Below, in pieces: positions 17,292 to 25,647 of a stretch of 32,000 nucleotides of DNA. Every line of letters starts with the position of its first letter. The first letter of the stretch is position 1. The notes beneath the pieces are model-generated. The model was not told the DNA's origin and did no database searches. It saw only the letters and a program-made list of their open reading frames with translations. This stretch comes from Candidatus Micrarchaeum sp. (GTDB lineage Archaea > Micrarchaeota > Micrarchaeia > Micrarchaeales > Micrarchaeaceae): assembly GCF_016806735.1 (NCBI RefSeq), contig NZ_CP060530.1, forward strand, positions 750,001-782,000. The letters run 5' to 3'. Made by a program: the position numbers and the translations under genes.

Positions 17292-17696
17292 ATGGCAAAG
17301 ATAGCAGGAACACAGATATTGCAGAAGCAGGTCCCAAGAATAGTTGGGAAGCACGTTTACGGCAACATGTACGAGCTCGACGAGAGATACATAGCAAATT
17401 TGGACTACCTGACAAAGCTTGTTGTAGATTCGGCGAAGATAGGCAACATGCACATAGTAGAGCTCGTTACAAAGAAGTTCTCCCCATATAATGGAGTAGA
17501 GGGAGGAGTTTCAGTAATAGCGCTCATAGAGGAGAGCCACATAGCCCTTCACACATGGCCAGAGAGCAGCTACGCCACTCTTGACATATACTCATGCGGC
17601 GAGGCAAGCAACCCGGAAGTGGCTTTCAGGTACATAATAAGCAAGATCAAGCCGAAAAGATACAAAATGTTCAACGCTGACAGGAGCAACATATGA
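17292..17696 (+). CDS. speH: S-adenosylmethionine decarboxylase proenzyme (pyruvoyl-dependent, class 1b)
   Basis: VSVIALIEESHIALHTWPE contains the self-cleavage E-S site and the HTWPE block. YATLDIYSCG follows. The 134-aa size is typical of archaeal/bacterial SpeH. Confidence 0.88.
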   Translation: MAKIAGTQILQKQVPRIVGKHVYGNMYELDERYIANLDYLTKLVVDSAKIGNMHIVELVTKKFSPYNGVEGGVSVIALIEESHIALHTWPESSYATLDIYSCGEASNPEVAFRYIISKIKPKRYKMFNADRSNI

Positions 17697-17902
17697 GCTC
17701 CTTCGGCTTTCTGGTTCTTTCTTATTTTAAATTTTATTGTTTTATAAGGCGTTAGTGCCAACGTATAAGATAGTCGCAATAAGCAGGCATTTTATTTATG
17801 ACTCAGCATTCTTGCTTTATATATGTGGATTTTTTGCTTTTGTATGGAATTTGTTTAAAATTCTGACTAAGAGTTTTTAGACTTTCAGCAATAAAGATAA
17901 AT

Positions 17903-18367
17903 ATGGATATTGGAACTTTGGGTGAACTTGAGGTCATAAATTTATTAGGTAAAAAATTTCCTGTTTGGATACCTTTTAAGGATAAAGGGTTGGATTTTGG
18001 CTTAAAAACAGATAAAAAGTTTTATAGATTACAGATAAAAACTTCAAAATTTCAGAAAGGGAAATATTTTTGGTTTGACTTGTACGGATCTAAGATGGTT
18101 TATTCTTCGGATGTAATATACGTATTTGTATGTTGGATACCGGAAAGGCATAGATTAATGGGTAAAAAACTAAATTATATAGTTATACCATCTAAAAAGC
18201 TGGAAACGTGGATAAAAGAAGGCAAGATAGCGCATAAACAAAAAAATAATAATATATTTAACATTTTTATATACCCGAATGAAAAGGAAAAGAAATGGTT
18301 ATATAAAAATAAAGACAAAAGCTTAGATTTAAGCGAGTATTGGAATAATTTCCAGGTATTTAAATAG
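17903..18367 (+). CDS. PD-(D/E)xK nuclease-fold-like protein, function unknown
   Basis: N-terminal GELEV helix, then KGLDFGL and YRLQIKTSK, giving an E...D...(Q)xK order like restriction-endonuclease-fold proteins. The gene looks much more AT-rich than its neighbours. Confidence 0.4.
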   Translation: MDIGTLGELEVINLLGKKFPVWIPFKDKGLDFGLKTDKKFYRLQIKTSKFQKGKYFWFDLYGSKMVYSSDVIYVFVCWIPERHRLMGKKLNYIVIPSKKLETWIKEGKIAHKQKNNNIFNIFIYPNEKEKKWLYKNKDKSLDLSEYWNNFQVFK

Positions 18368-18398
18368 TATTATTGTTTAAGTTATATTGGTGAAAGAG

Positions 18399-18689
18399 AT
18401 GAGCAGATACATAAGGCATGACAGGAACCATCCGTTTGTGGTGAAGCTTGGCGAAGTGTCGGGATTCGCGAACCTGACCAGCGACGAGAAGCTGAAGAAT
18501 TTCGAGCTCCACATGTGCGCATGCGGGCTGTCCAAGCACAAGCCGTTCTGCGACGGAACGCATATGAAGGTGCAGAACGAGAAGCAGGGAGTGCACTATG
18601 CTTACAAGGAGGGCAACGCGCAGATAGAAAACGTAAAGCTTGAAGAGGCAGAGCACAAAGAGCTGGAAGTTCCGAACGAATATGAATAG
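18399..18689 (+). CDS. CDGSH-type iron-sulfur domain protein
   Basis: CACGLSKHKPFCDGTH matches C-x-C-x2-S-x3-P-x-C-D-G-(S/T)-H. Alternative starts are TTG 18387 and GTG 18390. Confidence 0.75.
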   Translation: MSRYIRHDRNHPFVVKLGEVSGFANLTSDEKLKNFELHMCACGLSKHKPFCDGTHMKVQNEKQGVHYAYKEGNAQIENVKLEEAEHKELEVPNEYE

Positions 18690-18784
18690 TCTTGCTTTTC
18701 CTTTTTGATTTTTTCTATTTTGTTCTGTAAAGGAATTGCAACACTATTTTTAAATCTTGCTTCTCAATCCTGAACGGTGAATTA

Positions 18785-19159
18785 ATGTCAATGGCAGACA
18801 ATAACACAGGGATGGGAAGTACGCAAGCGCAGGCGAGCAAACCCAGCGCAGGAAGAGGCAATAGGCCAACTGGCGTAACAATACTGGCAGTATTGCAGAT
18901 ACTTGCAGGAATAGCATATTTGGCCATAGGGCTAGTAGCGGGGGCGTTGGTTGGGATATTAGGCGTGCTATTCATACCGTTTGGGCTTTTTGCGCTTATA
19001 ACCGGTCTGGCGCTTTTCACAGGCAAGAATTGGGCGCGCATACTCATAATGATTGGCGGAGTGCTTGATCTTATAGACATACCCATAGGCACCATAATAG
19101 GCATAGTAATATTATGGTACTTCACAAGGCCTGAAGTCAAAGAGTATTTCGGAAAGTAA
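18785..19159 (+). CDS. small membrane protein (3 predicted TM segments)
   Basis: Polar N-terminus followed by hydrophobic helices (VTILAVLQILAGIAYLAIGLVAGALVGILGVLFIPFGLFALITGLALF). The antisense ORF 18715..19140 has an implausible composition. Confidence 0.55.
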   Translation: MSMADNNTGMGSTQAQASKPSAGRGNRPTGVTILAVLQILAGIAYLAIGLVAGALVGILGVLFIPFGLFALITGLALFTGKNWARILIMIGGVLDLIDIPIGTIIGIVILWYFTRPEVKEYFGK

Positions 19160-19242
19160 TTGGGCTTTTCTTTTTCTTTTTAATTTTTCTTTTTGCATCT
19201 GTTATTTAGCTTTAGTTTTTGAAATCCTAAACATAGATTGGA

Positions 19243-20805
19243 ATGGAGTATCAGGAAGGGACTTCAGAAGTGCGCGAACTTGGCTCTAAGGCTTTGAGGA
19301 GCGGCAGCTTTTTCATTTCAAGCAAGATAATCAGCGCAGTGGTCACTCTGCTATTGCTGATTTTCCTGGCCAGATACCTGAAGCCTGTTGATTACGGAAT
19401 ATACACTATAGTAATAGCGCTTTACACGCTCCTTGGCATGGGGGGCAACTTCGGCATGGGCACTGCGCTCAGGAAAAAACTGTCAGAAAAGGAGGTAGGC
19501 AGGGAAAGAAAGAAGGAGCTAGTGTCAAACGGGTTCGCAATCGCAGGAATCATATCATTGGTTATAATGATAATTGGCATAGCAATAAGCGGAGTGCTTG
19601 CCAGCGCAGTATACCACAATACGAGCATGTATTACCCAATAATAGTAGCAGCAGTGTGCGTGCTGCTTTCGGTTCTTTTCAACCTTTCGGTTGCAGTGCT
19701 CGTAGGCTTGGGCTCAACAAGGCACTCATCAATTGCAAACATAGTCTATGCACTGTCGCAGGCAATATTCGTTGTCGCACTGGTTCTTTTGGGCTACGGG
19801 GTGCTTGGAGCTGTCGCAGGCCTGGCAATAAGCCTTCTGATAGGCTTTGTTTATGCAATCCTTCACATTTATGGAAATATAGGCACTTTCGTGCCTAGAT
19901 TCAAAAAGGCAATATCCAGAGAATTGGCTTCATTTTCAATACCCGTAGTCACTTCAAACATAGCCATATCCGGAACAACAAGCCTTGCGATATTGCTGCT
20001 TGGAGTGTTCGCCACTACTGCAGTGGTTGGAAGCTATGGGGCGGCATACAAGCTTGGAAGGTTCTTTGAGCTCATAATGACTTCCATGACATTCGTGATA
20101 CTTCCCGCATTCTCCTATACTCTAACCAACGAATCCATAAGCAAAAGGATTGCGGGAATCTACAACAACAGCGTTTTCTACGCTTTCATCTTCCTCCTGC
20201 CAATACTCGCTTATGCTGTAGCAACAACAAAGCCCTTGACAAGGCTTCTTTTCGGAAGCGCATACGTCGGAGCGCCTTTGTACTTCGCCTTCATATCGGT
20301 AGGCACAGTAATAGGGCTTATAGGCAGCTTTGCGGGCCAGCTCATAATAGGCAACGGCGATACAAAGAGGTTCATGAAATACCAGCTCGTAGTAGTGCTT
20401 GCAGAAGTAGCCCTTCTGGCAATACTTGTGCCATATGAAAAGGTTGCAGGAGCGCTTATTGCAGTATTCGCCGTTGGCCCGATATTGATGGATCTGCTCT
20501 ACATAAAGGCCCTGCGCAGCCAGTTTTCCATAAGAATGGAGTGGAAAAGGCTCGGAAGGCTGACACTATCTGCAATTATGCTTTTCGTTGTTCTTTTCGC
20601 GTTGACCATTGCAATGCATTACAGCAGAGCGGCAGTGCTGGTAAACATAATAGTTGCATTGCTCCTATATCCGCCAATGCTTGCAGTTACAAAGGCGATA
20701 GAGAAGAGGAATCTGGATTTCATAGCAGAGTCAATGTCCAAGATAAGGCAGCTGAAGAAGCCGGCTTCAATAGCCATAAGGTACATTGGCTTTTTCATAG
20801 GCTAA
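19243..20805 (+). CDS. polysaccharide/oligosaccharide flippase (MOP superfamily, Wzx/RfbX-like)
   Basis: 520 aa with about 12-14 TM helices. The N-terminal pattern SKIISAVVTLLLLIFLARYLKPVDYGIYTIV is typical of polysaccharide biosynthesis (Wzx) proteins. Confidence 0.7.
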   Translation: MEYQEGTSEVRELGSKALRSGSFFISSKIISAVVTLLLLIFLARYLKPVDYGIYTIVIALYTLLGMGGNFGMGTALRKKLSEKEVGRERKKELVSNGFAIAGIISLVIMIIGIAISGVLASAVYHNTSMYYPIIVAAVCVLLSVLFNLSVAVLVGLGSTRHSSIANIVYALSQAIFVVALVLLGYGVLGAVAGLAISLLIGFVYAILHIYGNIGTFVPRFKKAISRELASFSIPVVTSNIAISGTTSLAILLLGVFATTAVVGSYGAAYKLGRFFELIMTSMTFVILPAFSYTLTNESISKRIAGIYNNSVFYAFIFLLPILAYAVATTKPLTRLLFGSAYVGAPLYFAFISVGTVIGLIGSFAGQLIIGNGDTKRFMKYQLVVVLAEVALLAILVPYEKVAGALIAVFAVGPILMDLLYIKALRSQFSIRMEWKRLGRLTLSAIMLFVVLFALTIAMHYSRAAVLVNIIVALLLYPPMLAVTKAIEKRNLDFIAESMSKIRQLKKPASIAIRYIGFFIG

Positions 20806-20853
20806 AAAGGAAATAATTTATAGGTTTAACAGGTAAATAAAAGAGCGAAAGGT

Positions 20854-20961
20854 GCCCTGGTAGCTCAATGGCAGAGCGCCTGTCTTGTAAACTTCTTGAA
20901 AAGAAGTTTAATCAAGAACCAAGATAACAGGAGGTTGAGGGTTCAATTCCCTCTCAGGGCT
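20854..20961 (+). tRNA. tRNA-Thr (anticodon UGU) with a 36-nt intron at the canonical 37/38 position
   Basis: Hand-folded cloverleaf:
- acceptor GCCCTGG/TCAGGGC (one G-U pair);
- D arm GCTC-AATGGCA-GAGC;
- anticodon stem CCTGT (20879-20883) / ACAGG (20927-20931);
- loop CTTGTA...A;
- variable loop AGGTT;
- T arm GAGGG-TTCAATT-CCCTC;
- discriminator T.
The intervening sequence (about 20890-20925) contains its own hairpin ACTTCTT-GAA-AAGAAGT, and CTTG/CAAG pairing is compatible with a bulge-helix-bulge motif. Confidence 0.85.
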
Positions 20962-20977
20962 TTTGTCTTAAAGTTAG

Positions 20978-21009
20978 ATGCCCCTTTAGGGCATACGATA
21001 ACCTTTTTT
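20978..21009 (+). terminator. hairpin plus T7 tract after tRNA-Thr
   Basis: ATGCCC-CTTTA-GGGCAT (20978-20994) is followed by TTTTTTT (21003-21009). Confidence 0.35.
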
Positions 21010-21242
21010 TGAGAAAAGTCTACCACATGTAAAATATAGAAAGGTTTAATAGCATATTTTAGGTATTTTACCATAGGTAGTGTGACATTATGTTTATACA
21101 AAAGTATATAAATTTATATTATAATAAAAGTATTACAAAATGCGCGGCTAACGCTATACAAATAAGCCGATTGTTTCTGGGTGGAGGTAGTAAATTAAGA
21201 ACGTATTTGTTAGCGGATGCTGTGCGGGGTTGGTGATATTAT

Positions 21243-23075
21243 ATGGCGAAAAATAAAGAAGATTCTAAATCAACAAAATTAGCAGATCATATCGAAGAGA
21301 CCGTAAATGATGAAGAAGAAATAGAAGCAGTAGAACTACCACAACAAGAGGCATTTTTCAAGATGCCTAAAAGGTTTGGTACAATACCTGATGTATCAGA
21401 GAAGCCCTTGGGATGGGGAAAGGGAGGATATGAGCATCTTTACCCACACGTAAAATTACCAACTCAAAGATTAGAAACCATTAGATTTAGTAGAAAAGGA
21501 GAACCCAATAAATTATATTGGGGAGACAATCTCCATATAATGAGGACATTGCGTTCTGAATCCATAGACCTTATTTATATAGACCCTCCTTTCTTTTCTA
21601 GTAGGAATTACAATATGATATTCCAAGACCAAAACGAGGTAATGACATTTGAGGATATATGGGATGGAGGGCTTCCAACTTACCAGATATGGCTCAATGC
21701 AAGACTTATAGAGATGAAGAGATTACTCAAACCTACAGGTTCTATATATGTGCATCTTGACTGGCACGCCGTACATTATGTTAAAATTGAGATGGACAAG
21801 ATATTTGGATATGATAGATTTTTAAATGAAATAATTTGGTATCATGGATTTAGGGGCACTGAAGCAAAGGCACAGTATCAACGAGCACATCAGACTGTTC
21901 TTGTGTATACAAAATCTAATAACTACTATTGGAATCAACAATATCAAAGTTATAAGGACCCAGATATGAAACGCTATAATAAAACTGATGAGAAAGGAGA
22001 AAGGTATGCCTTAATAAAAAGACGTCATACAGATGGATCTATTTATTATGGAAAAACTTATCCTAAAAAGGATGGGAAAAGAATAAATGATGTAATAGAA
22101 ATGCCAATCTTAGCATCCACCAATAAAGAGAGGGTAGGGTATGATACACAAAAACCAGAAGCACTGATAGAATTGTTATTAAGGACATCTTGTCCACCAA
22201 ATGGAATTGTGGCGGATTTCTTCTGTGGTGGAGGGACTACTCCGGCAGTTGCTCAAAGACTTGGTAGACACTGGATAGCAAGTGATATATCAAGGATAGC
22301 GGTTGAAGTGACAAAGGGACGTATATTAAGATTATTGAAAAGTGAGAAAGGCACTCAGACAAACTTTGCCAAAGTCCCTAACATAGAAGTATGGTCTTGG
22401 GGTTTTTATGATGCAGATAAACTGCAAGATATAAGTGATGAAGAATTTAGGGATTTTATAGTTAGGGCTTATGGTGGTAGGCCTACTTCAAATGAGTATA
22501 CTAGCGGTTCTAAAAATGGAATACCACTCCTCGTTGGGAATAAAAACCGCAGAAATCAAATCACTAAAAAAGAGGTATTAGAATTTGCTAAATATATACA
22601 GGAAAATTACGAACTTCATAAGGCAGGCACCATACTTGCATGGGGATTTGCGGATAGTGCAATAAAGGCACAAGAGGCACTTGCGAACATAGGAGCAGAG
22701 ATAGACTTTGTAAAGATAAAGACAGTAAGAATAGGTTCGTATGAGTTTATAGAGGATGTTATAACCAAAAACAAAGAATATAAGAATGTATTTAGGTTTG
22801 TCTTTCCTCCAGAAGTAGTACTGCATGTAACTAAAGAAAACGGAGAATTTAGTTTTGACTTTTCAGATTCTGTATCTCTTAACAATGGAAAAATAATTAA
22901 TATACAAGCAGACTTCGATTTTGACGGGAAATTTGCACCATCAGAAGGATACATATTCAATCCGAATACTATGATTCTCAAATACAAATTTAATTTAATA
23001 GGAAAGAAAAAAATAGCCTTCAGAGTAGAAGATGATCACGGTGGCGAAAAACTAGTTGTCAAGGAAGTGGAATAA
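21243..23075 (+). CDS. DNA methyltransferase, beta-class (N6_N4_Mtase family; probably N6-adenine), Type III Mod-like, with a roughly 230-aa C-terminal extension
   Basis: Motif IV IYIDPPFF (D114, nt 21582) lies upstream of motif I FFCGGGTT (nt 22218-22241). This order is the beta permutation. DPPF rather than SPPF favours m6A. GGTGAT RBS before the ATG. Confidence 0.88.
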   Translation: MAKNKEDSKSTKLADHIEETVNDEEEIEAVELPQQEAFFKMPKRFGTIPDVSEKPLGWGKGGYEHLYPHVKLPTQRLETIRFSRKGEPNKLYWGDNLHIMRTLRSESIDLIYIDPPFFSSRNYNMIFQDQNEVMTFEDIWDGGLPTYQIWLNARLIEMKRLLKPTGSIYVHLDWHAVHYVKIEMDKIFGYDRFLNEIIWYHGFRGTEAKAQYQRAHQTVLVYTKSNNYYWNQQYQSYKDPDMKRYNKTDEKGERYALIKRRHTDGSIYYGKTYPKKDGKRINDVIEMPILASTNKERVGYDTQKPEALIELLLRTSCPPNGIVADFFCGGGTTPAVAQRLGRHWIASDISRIAVEVTKGRILRLLKSEKGTQTNFAKVPNIEVWSWGFYDADKLQDISDEEFRDFIVRAYGGRPTSNEYTSGSKNGIPLLVGNKNRRNQITKKEVLEFAKYIQENYELHKAGTILAWGFADSAIKAQEALANIGAEIDFVKIKTVRIGSYEFIEDVITKNKEYKNVFRFVFPPEVVLHVTKENGEFSFDFSDSVSLNNGKIINIQADFDFDGKFAPSEGYIFNPNTMILKYKFNLIGKKKIAFRVEDDHGGEKLVVKEVE

Positions 23076-25087
23076 TGAAACAAGTAACAATGCCAAATCT
23101 TTTTGTTAAATACGAAAGAGATTACGAAGAGTGGAAGAATAGCGGCTATAATGGATGTACAACAGAAACATTAGAATTCATAACACATTTACTACATAGG
23201 ACAGAGAAACAGCTATGGGCACATCAAAAGGAGGCAATACTAAGAGTAATATACCTGTACGAGATTAAGAAAGGAGATTTGCAGAACAGGTACTTGTTAA
23301 AAATAGTTACGGGTGGTGGTAAAACCATAATAATATCTGCAATAATAGGATGGCTCTTTTATGCACACTCAGAAGACGTTCATAAGATATTAATACTTGT
23401 CCCAAATTTGATAGTAAGAGACAGATTGGAATATGACTTTATAAGAACCGCAGAAAAGAAGAATACAGTATTTGAGACTTGGGATATAACCCCAGATAAA
23501 AACTTAAACAGCAGGCTAAGCGCAGCAGTATTAGAAAGCGGTTCTACACCTCAAAGGATGCTGGAAGTTGACATAATAATTTCAAATATTCAGGAGTTAT
23601 ATACCCGTAATACAAATACGGCAAGCAATTTAAACTACATACTCAAAAACTTTGATACTCTGGCAATATTCAATGACGAAGCACATAACACAAACGCTGC
23701 TGAATTTGATCACATACTGAAATTACTAAATGATAAAACAATATTGAGACTTGATACTACAGCAACCCCTGAAAGAGCGGATGGGACTTATCCAAATTCA
23801 AACTTAATATATGACTTTGATATTGACAGTGCATTGACAGCAGACAGACCAATAATAAAAGATATCGTAGTGTACAGACCAGATACAAAACTATTGGAGA
23901 TAACATATATTAATGCCACAACAGGCGTAAAAAAGAAGATTGACGAACTTGAACCCGAATTTGAGGAGGCCGAGAAAAGACTTAAACCATTTAATTGGAT
24001 TATGGATGATGCACCATTGGACCTATTGACAGACATTTCTTTGGATAGATTGAAAGAAAAAGAGAAGGAGGCGAAAGCAAATGGAGACTATAAACCAATA
24101 TTGTTTGTAGTAACTATGGGAATAGACGAAGCAAAGAAAGTTCAACAGTTTCTAGAAAATAGAAGGGGAATAAAAACATTATTAGTGACAGAAGAGTCAG
24201 GGGATAAAGACAGAGAATCTGCAAGAAGCCTAGGTAGTACAGATAGTCCTTATAAAGCAGTAGTAAGCGTATTCATGTTAAGAGAGGGATGGGACGTTCC
24301 AGAAGTATCAGTTATATTGTTGCTTAGGAGAATAATATCACCTGTCTTCGGTCAACAAATAATAGGAAGAGGGCTTAGAAAGATAAATAAAACAAGTTTA
24401 GAAAGGGAAACTCTTTCTGTTGTAGACCACCCGCAGCTTCAACATGATTGGCTTTGGAAAAAAATGAGAGTAACAAAGACAATAAATGATGTTATGCCAA
24501 ATGAGGAGATAAAAATACCAAAACTACCAAGAAGCGAAGACCATATACCACGCCTTGAACATCCAGAAAACCTTATATCAATCAAACCATATTCTGATAA
24601 AGAATTTGAGGAGAGATTAAACAGATTAAAAGATAGCCTTAGTGATGCACAGCCCGATAAAGAATGGAGAAAAACTTTGAATAACTTTACTTATGATACA
24701 ACCAAGTATTCTATAACAAAACTAAAATTGGAGAGCATACGCAAAAAATATATAGGTAAGAAATTTGGGGAAGAGGTAGACTATGATGTTAGTACATTTA
24801 GCGAGGCTGAAGATATTCAAGATATAAGTGCTGATGATTTAAAGAAGCAGATACTTTCAATAGTAGAATACATCCTAGAAAAGAACAATGTAAGTGAAAT
24901 GGACAAGGGTAGATTTTATAAAGTTCTCCTTGATATGATTTCTAAAAGGTTCTTAAGTTCCAAGCCGTTATCGCAATCAACGCCAAAAGATAGGATATTA
25001 ATCTTCAATAATTTAGAAAACATAGCAGACGCATTTACGCTGCCTGTCGTAAAAGGGATAATAGAAGATGGTGCATTGGATGAGTGA
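23075..25087 (+). CDS. SF2 DEAH helicase, Type III restriction Res-subunit-like, lacking a nuclease motif
   Basis: Motif I VTGGGKT (nt 23309), motif II FNDEAH (nt 23675), motif III TTATP, motif V LREGWDVPEVSVILLLRR and motif VI QQIIGRGLRK. The ATG overlaps the MTase stop by 1 nt (TAATG). Confidence 0.85.
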   Translation: MKQVTMPNLFVKYERDYEEWKNSGYNGCTTETLEFITHLLHRTEKQLWAHQKEAILRVIYLYEIKKGDLQNRYLLKIVTGGGKTIIISAIIGWLFYAHSEDVHKILILVPNLIVRDRLEYDFIRTAEKKNTVFETWDITPDKNLNSRLSAAVLESGSTPQRMLEVDIIISNIQELYTRNTNTASNLNYILKNFDTLAIFNDEAHNTNAAEFDHILKLLNDKTILRLDTTATPERADGTYPNSNLIYDFDIDSALTADRPIIKDIVVYRPDTKLLEITYINATTGVKKKIDELEPEFEEAEKRLKPFNWIMDDAPLDLLTDISLDRLKEKEKEAKANGDYKPILFVVTMGIDEAKKVQQFLENRRGIKTLLVTEESGDKDRESARSLGSTDSPYKAVVSVFMLREGWDVPEVSVILLLRRIISPVFGQQIIGRGLRKINKTSLERETLSVVDHPQLQHDWLWKKMRVTKTINDVMPNEEIKIPKLPRSEDHIPRLEHPENLISIKPYSDKEFEERLNRLKDSLSDAQPDKEWRKTLNNFTYDTTKYSITKLKLESIRKKYIGKKFGEEVDYDVSTFSEAEDIQDISADDLKKQILSIVEYILEKNNVSEMDKGRFYKVLLDMISKRFLSSKPLSQSTPKDRILIFNNLENIADAFTLPVVKGIIEDGALDE

Positions 25088-25415
25088 AGGAGTATATAAG
25101 TCACCTAAAAAAAGCCCCTACTCGTGTGAGATATACGATAGTGAGTTTGAAAGGGAGTTCATGGAAGAGCTTGAGAAAGACCCGGAGGTTAAGAAATGGA
25201 CAAAAAATCATGGGATTAGAATACCTTATGTAAATATAGACAGTAAAGTAGCTCATTATAATCCTGATTTTATTGTTGAATATGAAGATGGAACACAGGA
25301 ACTAATAGAAATAAAGGGCAAAAATAATCTCACTGAAATAATCAAGCGTAAGCAAAAAGCAGCCAAAGAATGGTGCGAGAAGAGAGGCATAAAATACAGG
25401 CTAATAACACTGTAA
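25080..25415 (+). CDS. PD-(D/E)xK endonuclease domain protein (Type III Res C-terminal / TnsA-N-like)
   Basis: YNPDFIVEYEDGTQELIEIKGK gives D-x13-E-x-K. The upstream SEFEREFMEELEKD helix and the downstream KQKAAKEWCEKRGIKYRLIT match the layout of Res C-terminal nuclease domains. ATG 25080 overlaps the helicase stop (ATGAGTGA); ATG 25068 is also in frame. Confidence 0.65.
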   Translation: MSEGVYKSPKKSPYSCEIYDSEFEREFMEELEKDPEVKKWTKNHGIRIPYVNIDSKVAHYNPDFIVEYEDGTQELIEIKGKNNLTEIIKRKQKAAKEWCEKRGIKYRLITL

Positions 25416-25647
25416 ATAGTTTTTAGACACTTTATAGACAAAATGGTGAGTTTTTAGATAGATTCGGAGTTTTTAAACAAAGCTCTCTCGTGCTAAAAGC
25501 TTAAATTCTACTTTATCAACAAAATTTGACTTTTTCAACAAAGCCTCTAACAAGAAGTTTTATCAAGAAAAAAGGCCTGATATAGAAAACAAAGGGTTTA
25601 ATATTATTGAACTTGATATTAAGTTGTACTGATTAAATTAGTTATAG

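Noticed and set aside
18715-19140. 141-aa minus-strand ORF
   Set aside because: It is antisense to the more plausible membrane protein 18785..19159. The translation is dominated by Pro/Ser/Met runs.
21090-21236. 48-codon ORF upstream of the MTase gene
   Set aside because: It is AT-rich low-complexity sequence (MFIQKYINLYYNK...), with no RBS, and lies in what looks like the promoter/leader of the MTase gene.
22300-23075. Idea that the MTase C-terminal extension is a degenerate Mrr-type nuclease domain (GSKNGIPLLVGNKNRR ... GTILAWGFADSAIKA)
   Set aside because: There is only a loose spacing resemblance and the expected catalytic D and E-x-K residues are absent. This cannot be supported without a profile or structure search.
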